From Callorhinchus milii (Eukaryota): 64,000 nucleotides of DNA. The notes beneath the pieces are model-generated. The model saw only the letters and a list, made by a program, of their open reading frames with translations. It ran no database searches and was not told where the DNA came from. The DNA is taken from contig NW_024704749.1 in assembly GCF_018977255.1 (NCBI RefSeq), forward strand, positions 18,848,001 to 18,912,000, read 5' to 3'. Below, one piece after another: positions 42,457 to 56,260 of this stretch; position 1 is the first letter of the stretch; each line of letters begins with the position of its first letter. Made by a program: the position numbers and the translations under genes.

Positions 42457-44991
42457 GTTTGATGAAATTGGAGCCATACGGCTATATTTTTTAAAAGTAG
42501 AGCACTGTGAGAAAACCAGTCTTTGACTAACTTCTCACTTCCTCTATATTCATTTCTGATAAACATAAGTCTTATATTTCCCATCTTTTGAAAGAGGGGA
42601 CTGTTCCGCAGCAATAACCATTCCTTGTGAAGTTGTCCTTAATAAATAAAATGTTGGGTTCATTGAAATGAGAAGCATGGGATTAGTAAAGAATTCTCAC
42701 TTGGCAGAGAGCTAGGACAAAGATTGTCTTTAAGCTAGGGTTTAGAGTGACGGAAATTGGTATTAAATTGAAACTTCAATAGTTCTAAAGTCGTCATAAC
42801 CTTGAGATTAAATTGCAGTCTTTGTACTCCCACCGCTGCTGACTGGAGTCTTCTGCCTGTCTGGAATCTTCTTTAAAAAGCACTGTGACAATTGGAAATC
42901 ATGGTAAAATTATAGTAGTTGAGATTATAGTTGCGCCCACAAAATATACAGTCAATTCCCTTTACAGCATAATCTGTGAAGCGCTTTGAGACAACCCAAA
43001 GATGTGATAAGGCACTATATCAAATGCAAGGATTATTTATAAGATGCCATTGCAGAATAGTAGTGACTTACTGCTGATGTACAGAAGGAGTGAGGAAACC
43101 ATTTGGGGTTTGGCATTCATCTACACTGGAAAATACAATCACTACTTTACAGTATATCCTGTGAAGCACTTTGAGGCATCCTCCCAATGTGAATCAGTTA
43201 TAAAATAATACATTTGATGTTTCACGTTGGGAAGATGTTCACAGGATACACTGTAAAGTGTATTTTGTGTGAAACTGGCAGGAAATTTGTGCACAGCAAT
43301 GTCCCACATGCCACGAATGACAATTTTATTTGGGGGATTGTTGGTCAGGACATCAGGAGAAACTCCCTTCTCCATTGGAATAGTGCCACAGTATCTCTAA
43401 CGTTCACTTGAACAGGCAGACAGGACCTCAGACTAACGTCTCATTTCATCATATCAAATGCAAGGATTTATTATTGAGAGATTTAACATTTTAAATAAAT
43501 TCCCTGTACTATGTTATGAATTATGTGAGGGCTGGCATCAGTTCGAGCTCCCAGTCACTTGGATAAAGCACTTTGAGGCCTCCTCCTGATATGAAAGGCG
43601 CTATGTAAATATAAAATGTTATTGCTGGATACAAAATTGCTAGATTACAACTAAACGTTTAGGTGTATGAATAGCATGAATAGATCACTTGTTTCCACAG
43701 CACTGACATAATGGTGTCCAATTTGGTTTTGCTCTCCCAAGAATTTTTTAAATGAGCTTTTGTAATCTCACACTTCCATCGTGAACCAGTGGAGAGTTAT
43801 AGTTGGCACAAGTTCATTCATTCAATCAGTCAGACATTGCAACCAGAGCGATTGATGAATGACTGGCCAAGTCAGAATTCAATTACCGCTACAAACAATG
43901 ATACCTTTTTGTAATTCTTTATACTGCAACATAGCCAAGTACATTAACTTTTCCTTATCACTGTGATTTGGCAGAAGTAACTTTACATAGACTGAAAGAT
44001 ATGAAAAGGAAAAGTAATGTGAGCACACCATTGTGCAGAATTGAGCAACAGGTACTCAGGTCTCTTGTACATAAATTACATCAATACAGGATCAAAACAG
44101 GCCATTCCAGCACTCTCACCCGAGTCAGAAAGTGCGGATTCAAGGCCCTTGTTAGGTCTTTGAACTGTAGGCTCGACACTTCAATACAATGCTGGGGATG
44201 TGTTGTATTTAGAAGTGCCGTCCTTTGGAACAAGATATTAAACCAGGGTCCCGCCTGCCTGTTCATGTGGACATTAAAGATCCCATGGCATTATTCGAAA
44301 AGAGAAGGGAATTTCTTCCAGTGGCCTGGATAACAATCCCCCAAATAAAATTGGTCATTGCATGCGTGCAAATTGGCTGTAGCCATTCTAAACCAGGAAT
44401 TCCCAAACTTGCTCAAGGCCCATTAGTCATTAGCCATCCTGACTGAGGACCCCTCCATCGTTCACACATTTTAGCATTGTTGTTCCAAAAGGCAACTGGT
44501 GATTCAGTGGTTTCGAACATTGCTTCCCAACGTAGGGGGCCACAAGATGGTTTGGGGGAGGGACAATATAGCACTGTTGCCACCTTCTCAATACTCTCTG
44601 TGCTGCCTTCTGCCTCTCATTTCACCTCTCTTCTCATCGCTCTCTGCCGCTGCCTCTCACAAAGTTGTACATGACTTGAAGCAGCGCAGAGAGGGACAGG
44701 AGGAGAGTTAGAGTGGAAGGTATGAACAATGTAATCAAAGATGTTTTAAAATGTAATGTGTCAGCCTAGACTGAGTTTGGAGTCCAGACGTGGGGTTTGA
44801 ACCTATAATCTTCAGACTAAGCGACGAGATTGCTACCAACCGATCCAGGCTTACACCTCACATCAGCCTCACCCATACCCTGCTCGATGCTATGAATATA
44901 CAAACCAGATTGTAGGCCAATTGAAGTGTAGGTATTCAAAGCCAAATGTTGAATAAAAAGGCAAAGTTGAGGCAATAAAAACTAAAACACA

Positions 44992-44997
44992 TTTATT
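44992..44997 (-). terminator. Candidate distal SLC31A1 polyadenylation signal
   Basis: Minus-strand AATAAA followed by GT/T-rich gtgttttagtttttattg. Marks the edge of a SINE-poor 3.6-kb tract. Confidence 0.55.
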
Positions 44998-47900
44998 GGA
45001 GATGAGCATGATGCATTTCTTTTTTTGAGCAAAAATCCTTTATATCGTATTTAAGGTCTCTCAGAAAATAATAAATGGTTAGGCCTGTGGTCATCATGAC
45101 CCAGGTTCATTGCAAAGTCGCATCGTTGGAAGCAAGGTCACCAATACATCCAAGGACTGGCTGAAGAGCAAAGAGATCAAATTACAAGGCAGTGGTAACC
45201 ACTGGTGTACTAGCGGTTAAACCAAAGGCACTTGACGTTACAGAGCGCGCAGCACTTTAAAAAAATCAGTCAGATTCTGAAGGTAGATTCAAAATGAGAA
45301 GTACAGCAGGCAAGGCAACACCTTAAACAGAACACAACTGAAAAAAAATCAAAAGACAAATGACAAACAAGCACTGTGTTTCAAGCTGCAGACCCTACCA
45401 TTTAGTGTGATTGAAATTACAGCATCTGATAATTATTGATTCCAGAGCAAAATGCAATCTGCGTCACAGGAACATGAAGGCGTTGGGATTTTGGACAGGC
45501 TGCTCTCAGAGGCTGACAGGCTGCCCTGCAAATGCCCTTAAACTAAACCTGTAAGTGAGAAGGAGTTTCGAGTGCGAGCGAGCAGCGATTGGGGTCCAAG
45601 CAGGGAAGATGGGACTGAAGCTGGTTGTGCTAAGGGGTCAGTAAGACCTCTTGCTTGTAGCAATGCTCAAGTGTTGGTCCCACTGACCTTCACCCCTCTT
45701 ATAAATCCTGGGGACTGATCGGTGAGAGCAAATGATTGAGCATTGCTGGAAGCAAAAATTGCAATATCCTGAAACACAAACTCGATTTTCTCATTCATCA
45801 GAGCAGTAAACAATCCGTCAGTTAACAAGATGTCAGTTAATGGGGCAATATCCGATCTGATAAATGTGCTGGCTTTTCCACTGATGTATGGAATAAACAG
45901 TTCTGCCGTTCTTCATTAAATACTCTTATTTTAAAAATACCTCGAGGGCACAGGTGACATCTCGTGGTGGGAATGTCGTACTGCAACTCCGCATTTTAGT
46001 CCCAGATGCACTAGACTGATGACTACCGATCTGATCAAAGTCAAGAGCTTCAGGACACTCACTATGACAAACCATGATCCATATATTATTTCCTTAGGAC
46101 ATACTAATATGACTGTTAAGGACTGTACGACACTCACGTGGACAGGATTGAGTATAAAATCCAAGTTAGTGGCCCATCAAATCAATCACCAACAGTTTTG
46201 CACAGAATACAGTACTCATAGCTGCCTCGCTTCCCTTCCAGAAGACAATACAATATGATCCAACCAGTACTGTCTGATATTGCGCAACCTCCAGGAAAAG
46301 CCAACAGTTTCATGTCAAAATACTGAATGAAACGATATGCTCAGTGCTTTTACCCTGCAAGTTACTACTGCCACTGAGCTAGACAGTTACAAGACTCACA
46401 ATGTCACTAGTGTTCACAGAGCTCATCAATCCAAGGGATCAACTGCTCTGAATGGAGTGCTCTCATCTGTTAGTTCTGGGAAATGGGAAAACGTTGCTCT
46501 CTTACTCCAACGTACTGGGGAGGAGAAACGTTCGAAATTCTTTAAAGAGAGGTTAACAGGCTCCATGGCTCCTTTGGTGACATGGGAGACAGGGTATGGT
46601 GGTGGGGAAGGAGTGGGGGGGCGGATCTGCCCCCTGTAAAATCAGGAGAGTCTCGGGGTTCAGAACTCGGTCTGTTCTGAGTTAACTGATCTCAGGTGGA
46701 GTGCAAGTAGGGGTGCTAGAAGTGGAATCAGCGTCCTCACACCAGGGGAGTGAAACAAGGAAAATCTCCAGAATTCCTGATCCTGGCCACTACTGCCCAG
46801 TGTTCCTCGCAAAGTGTGTATGTCGTCAACAAGTGGGTGAAGGACCAGGTTCAGTTACAACAGACACTGCAGTCAGAGCTTACTCAATACTCATTATCTC
46901 GGCTCCCAAACAATGGCTACGCAGACAAAGTACCAGATGAGTGGCTGCATCCTCAGGACTCACAAAATAATCTAAGAGTGGGGGTGGGGGGGGAGGGGTG
47001 TCACCTCAGACAGGAGGTGTTAAGATAACCGTATAACCTCAAACATGTCTTGTGCAAATGGTGACGGGGCCTGTATTCGCCAAATACAGTATATAATTAT
47101 CAATGCACTAGATAAGTTTTTTTTGAAGCTTAGAACCTACTACTCGTTTTCCCACCCTAGTCAGGGTTACTGCAACTAAAAACCGACTGATCTTTTGCAT
47201 TTAATAATCCTCGCAGATTCATTTAAAAAAACACATTTCAAAGGACTAGTGTCTTAATTCCCATCGTTGCAAACTCCTCTACAACTTGTTTTTACCTGCA
47301 TTGCTCCGGTGCAGGTTAGAGTGTTCAACAGTAGAGTATCCACACTCTTCAAATGTATTTTACTGGCTAAAGCAGCAGAAGGTAATCCTACAGAATGCAC
47401 CAGATAACAGCACCCATCTGAGTGGGACACAGCACTGTCTACAATCAAACAAGACGATACATAATTTACAATGAATTACAATTTCACCAGCACAGCTACA
47501 GAATGTTGGATGATTATCATCAGGGAATAAATATATCTTGAACTCTGGTGTTCTGGGGGAGGGGGGGAAAGAAATGCATACATACACACACTTTAAGATG
47601 TAAAAAAACGTTTGATGCTAACTATTTTAAAAAAAAGTTAGGATCACAGTTTGCCTGGAATGGTCGGAACCAATAGATCTTGCCACCCTTTAGATGTCTG
47701 GATGGATCCCTTTAGGGAGAGAGTGCGCATTGCATTCCAACAGATATCTCTGGAATTTCCACGAGTAGATGGGTTGCATGGCACTCAGGTTGGTTTGGAT
47801 ACTCCTTAAGCAAGGTGATAAGTTCACACCCAGCTGACCAAGAAAAAGATTTCTGCCAATTTATCTGTAGCCACAGGATTAGTTAAATAGTGGAAACAGA

Positions 47901-48611
47901 CATTGAGAGAGTGAGAAAAAAAATCTCACCACCTACTTGCTCGCACTGCTCACTTCAAAAAGGCAATAGCAGCCCAAGATCACTTCATGGCATTTCTAAC
48001 AGCAAGGTGAGCAGTGCTGATCCCTTTAACTTGATAAGAAGGCATCATTCTGGGTTTAGATATGTTTTTTGGTGAACCGGAATTGTGATCAGACTGTGGG
48101 CATCAATAGCCAAACCAGAGGATCTGACATTTTTATTTGGTGAGGCGGGGCCGGGGGGGGGGGGCGGGAAGTCGGGGTAACTATATCCATATAACGCTGC
48201 TGCAATACCAGAATTTTCTGGGAGCGACAGTGGGAATGATCACTTACACGCAGCTCCAGGTAAAGCAACCGCCCACCGTTTGAAGAGCCTCGTCTGTACT
48301 TGGGACTCCAAAGCAGACGCTCAAAGAACCTTGGCTGGCCTGAGGTAGAGAACCAGGCAGTGGCCAACTGCTAAATGCAGGACTGAAGGCATGAGGTAAA
48401 GTGATGTCTGATTGTGGATCCTTCAAACTGGAGTCTGAACAGAAATAAATCGAGTAAAAGTGAAAGAAAGAGAGAGAGAGAGAAACTCTTATTTTAAGTG
48501 TTGTGTTTTTTTTTGAACTGGCTCGACACTGCAAATTATGGTGCTGGGAGTGTGATCCATTACAATTGGTGATTAAGTGGCATTACAATTGGTGAGGGGT
48601 TAGGCCAGATG

Positions 48612-50918
48612 CTAATGGCAGTGTTCTGTGATATCTACCACCACTGCTTTTTTCCAGCTGAAGACGAAATATCCAGCCCCCGCGCCCAGCGCCACAGCGA
48701 TGCAAAGGTAGCCATTGTACGTCATGAAGACCAACATCAGGAAGTAGCTGATGACAACTTGTAGGATGTGGAGCATGGTCTGGATGATGTGAGGCACGCT
48801 GAGCATCTGTTGGCTGCAACCATAGACAGACATTACAATCGACAACTTGCATTTACATAGCACCTTTCACCCAGCGCAATGTCTTGGGAGTGCTTAAAAA
48901 TGGCGCTAAGCCGGAGGGGAGAGGTGTTGTGACCATAAGCACCGTCGAGGAGAAGGGTGGAGTAAGGCAGAGGGATTAGGGGAAGAGAGTTGGTGGTGGA
49001 GTGGAGGGGTCGAGGGACAAGTAGGAGGCCAGAAGCAGCCAAGCGGAGGCAGTGGGCAGTAGGGTGGGGAGAAAGCAGGTCAGAAAGGTAGGGAGGTGAC
49101 AAGGCATGCCACCAACAACTTGCATTTATAATAATGCCCCTCACAGTTGACTCTTGCTCACCCAACAGTTTTGTGCGTTTCCATCAGCATTGTCCCATTT
49201 GGTCCAGGAACGGGCATAGAGTTGTAGCGAACGTTAACCTGTGATTTTCGGAGCAAGCATTCTCGGCCAATCTTCAGTCCCTCATAAAGCATTGCGAGCA
49301 GGAATATGACCACGCAAGCGGCGACCATCCCTGCAAGGCAGAAAGGACAGAGAAGGGAAGGTATGATTCAGCTGTGGAGCCATCAGTCATTAAACACACT
49401 TCGGAAAAAACCCTTATGTCATTGTGATCCGAATTGTGTGCAGCACTCGAGGTGGGATTGGACGATATATCTTCCCAATGCAAACAACCCTATATAAATG
49501 TCAATTGAATTGTATAAGACCTCCAATTAAAGGGCTCCCCAAATTTTTCAACGCCTTTCTTAATAAACTCACTCACATGAAGTTCTGTATAAGATTATAA
49601 ACTTACACAAGTGTCAGCAAACGACAAAAGGGTGCAAATTGGAGGTACAACAAATTGTGGTTCGGGGCCAAAGACTGTTGAGTAAAGGGGGCGGGGCGTG
49701 TGGGAGTGGAGAGAGGGCGGCTGAGAGATTACTGCTTCAATTCCATTACTTGGCACAGTCTGAGTATTAATCGTAAGGCTCTCCAGGTCAGTGAGTTTAG
49801 TCGGGAAGGCGCTGAACAATTCCGAAAGCCCTTTAATTGGAGGTTTTAAACCATACCTTGGATGGAATTCAAACCATAAAATCCTGGTTTGTAGTATGCC
49901 CGTCAGTCGCACTCACCTCCAACAGAATTGATCACCAGCCCAGGAAACAGCAGCTCTACGTTCTTGTGGCCGAAGTAGAACGTCATTTGCTGTTGAGAAA
50001 CAAATGGCAGAGTGAGCTCCAGACAGTGGACACCAGGCTAAGTCTGTTAATATTGACCTGCCTTTCCTCTCCAAGTTGCAGGAACAAGTCGTCACCTCCC
50101 AGCTTCGCTCTCCCCACTCCCTCGCCAACCTTCTCACTTTCAAATCTTTCCATGGTCTCGCCTCCCCCTCCCTGCCTTCAAAATCTGCCTTAATAACCTA
50201 TCTTTCGACCCGCTTTTGGCTATGTTCCACCCACACCCCCCCACCCACTCTTCCCCCTTCAGCTCGAGCTCCCAGACCAGCTGTGTAAAGCACTTTGAGA
50301 GCTACTCATGACTTGACAGGCATTTCATAAACGCAACTTGTTGATTCAAGCCCTACATCAGGAACTCTGAGCTCAAAGTCTAGGCTGACTCTAATACAGT
50401 GCGAGTGGTGCACCGCATTATCAGAAGCATTGTCTCGGGTGAGACATTAAACCTTAGATAAATGTTTTTACTATTGAAAAGAAGGGAGTTTCACCCAGTG
50501 TCCTGGGCAACAAACCCCATCCCGGATAAATTGGTCAAACACTATTGGCTATTTGTGGGACAATGTTGTGTGCAAATTTCCACAATAACAAGCTTTCAGA
50601 GCCACCTTGAGAATGTAGGTAATAATAGTAAATACTCTTATTATAATAAAGCATTTGAAAAAAAGGGGCATAACAAACCACATTGACTGCCATGATTCAT
50701 ATCCTCTATTTACCTAGTAGGTGCCATAAACCACACATCATTCCAAACCTTACAAACTTGGCAATGGCGTGTCACCTTCTACAGAATCTGGTTCAAGTCC
50801 TTACCATCATCATCATCATGCCCCCGTGCCCGCCTGACCCGTTGGCTGTCTGGTGGGGTGTGTCGGTGGGCATCGCCATGTTGTGGTGATTGTGGTGGTC
50901 GTGCATTGACATGTTCAT
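48612..50918 (-). CDS. SLC31A1: High-affinity copper transporter CTR1, 185 aa
   Basis: Exons 50918-50805, 49989-49917, 49330-49162, 48813-48612 (558 nt). His/Met-rich N-terminus, [45 protein letters not shown] (MxxxM), GAGAG (GxxxG), C-terminal HCH. Acceptor at 50960; upstream exon not found in window. Confidence 0.97.
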
Positions 50919-53900
50919 TGCGCCAGTGGTGAAGTTGAACCCAGGACTCTCCGTGAAAACCTGGAAACATAGAGCAATGGAATTAATAATAAGTAATAAT
51001 AGCGCTTCCAACGTTAAAATGGCTCAAAGCGCTGCACAGGTTATCGCTTTCAAGTACAGAGACAATGAAGATGAGGCAGCCAATATCCACACACCAGAAA
51101 CAGCCACATACCAATTTTAACTTGAAGGATTGTTGGCCACGACACTGGGAGAAACTCCCTTCTCTTTTCAAATAGTGTCATGGATTGTTTAATGCCAGCC
51201 TAAACAAATAGATGGGACTATTTCTTCCAGTGTCTTGGGCATCAATTTTTCTCTTAAAATTGGGATATGGCTCTTTCTGGCACACTGCTGTGTGAAAATT
51301 GTCAAGTTAAACATCTAGTTTAACCAGCTTGACATGATCCCAATGTGCCAGTTTGCTGTCAAGTGCCAAGCTCGCATTAACTATCCATCAAATGCTGCGA
51401 GTCAGAGACAGGAAACTGACTTTGGGATAAGGAGAAATAAACATTTGCTACATTAACAAGAAATATTTAAAAAATAATTGTTAAAATCCAATTTAAGTTT
51501 CAGCCTGAGGTAGGAACGTCTCAATCCACGACTATTTGTGGGAAACTGCTGCGCGCAATTGGCTGCCGCATTTCGCCCACAAAATATACAGTCAATTCAC
51601 TTTACAGTACATTCTGTGAAGCGCTGCCAAGACATCTCAAAGACATGATAAGACACTATATCAAATGCAAGGATTATTATTATTATTACTACTTGTAACC
51701 ACAGCCTCAATGAGTAATAAGGGTACTCCAATTTAACAGAAGCAGCCCTAGAAGCTTAAACCACTTCACAATCTCTTCAATATCTAACATGCATTCTACA
51801 TTTCATTCCCTTTCTCACAATGAAACACATACCTCAAATTCAAACAAACAAGTAGATTCAGTCCAGCTACTTATGGACTCACAAATGTCACTGATCGTCT
51901 AGGCAGAGGCTTCAGCACAGTGCGAGGGGAGCACTGCTTTGTTAGATCTTCCAACCTTCAGACAAGATGTTAAACCTCTGGTTTGTCTGTTCATGTGGAT
52001 GTTAAAGATGCACCACACTATTCACCGGATAAATTGGGCTACAAAACAATCATTCGACTTCCTAGTACTGTATGTCCTGCGAAGTTCTTTGAGACATGTA
52101 AGGTGCTATAATTATTATTTAGAGTAAATAATTTCATACCTGCTTGTGGGTCTTGCTATGTGCAAACTTGGCTCTTGTTCACCTACAATTAATAACCATA
52201 CTTAGTTGGCTTACAATTAGTAACCATCTTCCATCCTTCAGATGAGACGTTAAACCAAGGTTGTTGGTTCTGCACTTTGAGATGTTCGAAACCTATAGCC
52301 ACAATTATCATGTCATCACTTCCCGTTTTGAAATCAATGCAGAGGACAAGGTAACTATTGTTTGTGAGATATTCTAGAGAGACTAATCCCACAACTCACC
52401 TCGTCTCACTGACTATTAAACTCCACTGCAAGATCCCAGCCACCTGCCAGTGTGACTTTGTGGTCCTGTTACTGTACGAATTAAACCCTCAATCAGATTC
52501 CAGTTTTAAGATTCATATCCTCCTAATGCGCTTAAATTGGCATTGATCGAATACCAAGCCAGTGTGGCATTCATTCAGCAGGGTAGGTTCTGCCTCAGGC
52601 ACAGGTCTGACGTGCCTGACATTTAAACTTAAATCGTGTTTGGAGTTATCAGCACAAAATGAGGCAGGCTGCAGGCGTGATCTGTGCGGGCTGCGGAGAC
52701 AGCAATGCACACGAAGGGGGCTGTGGCAGACGCTAATCCGCAATCAATGCTATTACTGGGCAAACAACATGTCGTCTCTTGGCAACGAATCACTAAAGTA
52801 GATTACAGGAACAAACTAATTTGAACTGTTAGATTCCAGCAATACATTGGCTGACCAAAAACTGTCATCCGCTAAACTCACACAAAGAAGTTCAACAGGT
52901 GTAAACTTAGACTTGTATTCAATTTCACCCCCCACCCCCACAACCCCCCCACCCCCAATCTGACAGCCTGGCTCAGTTTGTAGCACGCTCACCTCTGGGT
53001 CAGAAGATTGTGGGTTAAAGTCTCACGTCAGAACGTTGAGCTCATAGTCGAGGCTAAAATTTCAATTTTAGCTTTTAGGTTTTCTACATTTAACATATGT
53101 CAATAATGTCAATACATATACCTCTTTGAAGGTCCCTTCTGTCATTCCTTGTAGCTCATCCTTCTTCCCTGGGGATCAGCCCAGTTTCAAACAGCTTACC
53201 ACCAGAAGATCCTTTAAATCATATCTTCCAAAATCTGTATCATACACTATATGCCCCCCCCTCAAAGTGCAGTGTGTTTATATTCTGATTTCAGGCACTT
53301 GCTGCTGCTTTGGTCTCATGACATTAGCTACACCTCGTGATCTCCTGGTGTCTAATGTTTTCATCATTTAATCCAGCTATCTGTACATGCCCTGGGGTAG
53401 GGTTGGGGGGGGGGGGTGTACAGATAGATGGATTAAATGAATGAATGCCTGCTCTCACTGATCACGAGCAGGAAATTGAGAATAGGTCTCGAAAACCAAC
53501 AGTAACACACAAATCTGCATTGTTAACCCATTCCAAAAGAAAAGGGAGTTTCTCCCCATGTCCTGGCCAACAATTTCCCAAGTAAAATTGGTCATTAACT
53601 TCATAGCTGCTTGTGGGATATTGCTATGCTACATTTGCCAACAAAGTACACAGTCACAGCACTTCACAGTAAATTCAGTGAAACGGCTTGAGATGCATCT
53701 CCTCCTGCTCTGCGCACACGCACGCACCCCTTTACACTTATACAGCACTTGTCACGTAGGAAAGCATCTCAAATGCACATTGTTGAGGCAGAGTGGAAAC
53801 CTGAGCTGGGTAGAGAATAATAAACTTACATTTGATATAGCACCTTTCACGTCAGGAGGACGACCCCAAAGTGCTTCACAGGATATATTGTAAACTGCAA

Positions 53901-55469
53901 ACGTGTGTTGTATGACGTGCAGTTGGGAAGGAGGTGGTGAAAGACTCAATTAAAGAGAGAGTTTTTTTTTAAGATTGGTGTTGAAAGCAAAGATGGAAGG
54001 GAATGAAGCAGAGGAATTTCAGAAGAGCTACCACGAGCAGGGGGCGGTAAGCTCGCCAGCGGAGTGAAGGAAGCAGAGACGTGAAGCAGTCTAGTGTTGG
54101 CGGAGCGAGGAGAGCAGGTGGGGGAGTAGGACGACAACAACAACCACAAGTGATCGCAGAGATAGTTTCAACTGTTTCGCCCACAAAATATACAGTCAGT
54201 TCACTTTACAATATATTCCGTGAAGCGCTTTGAGACGACTCGAAGACGTGATAAGGTGCTACATCAAATGCAAGATTATCATTTATTATTAATATAGGGA
54301 TGGGGCAAGACCATGGACCCTAAGTTTGTTCCACTGCAACATCGGCTGCTAGTGGACCCTTGAGCTAATGGAGCCTTGCGCAGGAGAGAACGTGGGCTGG
54401 AAACAAGCTCTAATTCGTTAACTGCAGCCTGGGGCAGCTTTTCTCATTGGGCCCGGAATCAAATTTGCAGTTGGGAACTGCAGAAGGAAAACGAAATTTA
54501 ATCTTTAAAACAGCAAATAATCTAATTACAAAAACTTGTGAAGGATCTTGTGAGGATCAGCTCTGCTCTGACCATCTGACAACCTGACAGGCATTTGTAC
54601 CATGTGCCTCTTTTCCCATCCTCCATGTTAACGGTCATTACTCAGACGATACGAGGGCAAATTCAATTCGAGAGACTTACTGCCATTCTAGTTTTCTTTC
54701 GCGCAGGCACTGACAGTGATTCCCGATCAATGTTTGATAGCTTTGGGGAGGGGGGGGGAAGAGAGGAAGAGGAAAGAGTGTAGATAAAACTATCTTAAAT
54801 AGTACCCCAAGGCCATATGCAGCATTTTAAAGGTAGCTCAAGAATGTTCTGGTTTGCCTGAAGCTGAACGTTAAACAAAGAAGTTAACTTCCACTGAGGC
54901 AGCAATTTCATGCAGACATGGTAAACAGTCCCATTGGTAAATACTGAGAGGAAAAAGATAACAGCAAAGAGATAACTGCTTTCTCGCATTTGGGTTCCTT
55001 TGCAAGAAGCAACAGAAAGCACACAGTACCAGACAGTAAATTTAGCAATAATTCCTGAGCTTGCCATGTTTAACCATGTCTCTCACTCGCCCCTTCCCAC
55101 GGATTGCAGCAAGTCCGCTTCCAAAAAAAGTTACATTTCACAAAAGGAATTAATCAGCAATTGCTACTTGCATAATCTCCTCGGGGATCAATCCTTGGCC
55201 CTTAGCCTGTTTAGTGCAGGGCCACTGAGGGTGTAAAAGGCAAGATTGGAACAGACACCAGGAAGTATTTTTTCCCCCCCGCAAAGGCTGGAACAGGTGA
55301 AGCAGGAAGGTGCTGGAGAGGATAACGAGGTTGGAGTTTTGCGTATTTTATTTTTTCTGTCACGGATGTGGTTTTTCGTGAGGAAAGTGAAATACATTTT
55401 CATACTCATAAATATATTTGTTAAAAAAAAGTGGTAGAGAGGGCAGGGCTTTGGACTCATTGACAGCAG

Positions 55470-56260
55470 CAAGATTATATTTGTATAGCGCCTTTCAGGT
55501 CGGGAGGACATCGCAAGGCGCTGGACGGTGTACAACATTTCAGACCCGAGCTGGGTCGGGGGGGAAGGGAGGGGAGGGGGGGTGACCGATGGCATGGTCG
55601 AAGAAGAGGGTCTTGAGGCCGGACTTGAAGGAGGCTAAGGAGGGGGCGAGGCGGAGTGATTGGGGGATGGAATTCCAGAGGTTGGGGGCGAAGTAGCTGA
55701 AGGCTCTCCCGCCAATGGTGGTCCTGGAGTTGAAGGTGGAGGCAGAAAGATAGAGTTGGGTGTCATCCGCGTGTACATGTGGAAGTTGACCCCATGTCTG
55801 CGGATGACGTCACCAAGGGGGGGGGGGAAAGTATGTAGAGATTAAAGAGGAGAGGGCCAAGGACAGAGCCCTGGGGGACGCCAGACGTGAGAGTGCGGGG
55901 GCTGGAGGAGAAACCGTTAGAGGCAACAAAGTGGCCACAAAGTATTCAAATCACAGTGCTGAAACCTTCACATATTCATTGGAAATTTCTATCTGTCTGG
56001 AATGGTCTCAGCAATTCCATGGGAAATTTCTGAGACCATTCCAGACAAATAGAAATTTCCCAGTGCCTGGAATAGAATGCGCATCCTAGGAGAGGCGGTC
56101 TGTGAGGATGGAGTGGTCGACGGTGTCGAAGGCGGCAGAGAGGTCGAGGAGGACAAGAAGGCAGAAGAGGGAGCCCTGATCACAGATGTTCTGAATGTCA
56201 TTAGTGACTTTGACCGGGGCGGTTTCCGTGCTACGGGCAGCGCGGAAGCCGGATTTAACG
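55470..56260 (-). mobile_element. Fragmented L2 LINE (RT core + 3' end)
   Basis: STETA..KVTNDI...[22 protein letters not shown] at 56086-56260, GVPQGS.LGPLL-like segment at ~55845-55890, and an L2 tail at 55470-55720. Confidence 0.85.
55981..56060. repeat. 80-bp near-perfect palindrome (MITE-like) nested in the L2 fragment
   Basis: Arms ggaaatttctat(c)tgtctggaatggtctcag and ctgagaccattccagaca(a)atagaaatttcc. Confidence 0.85.
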
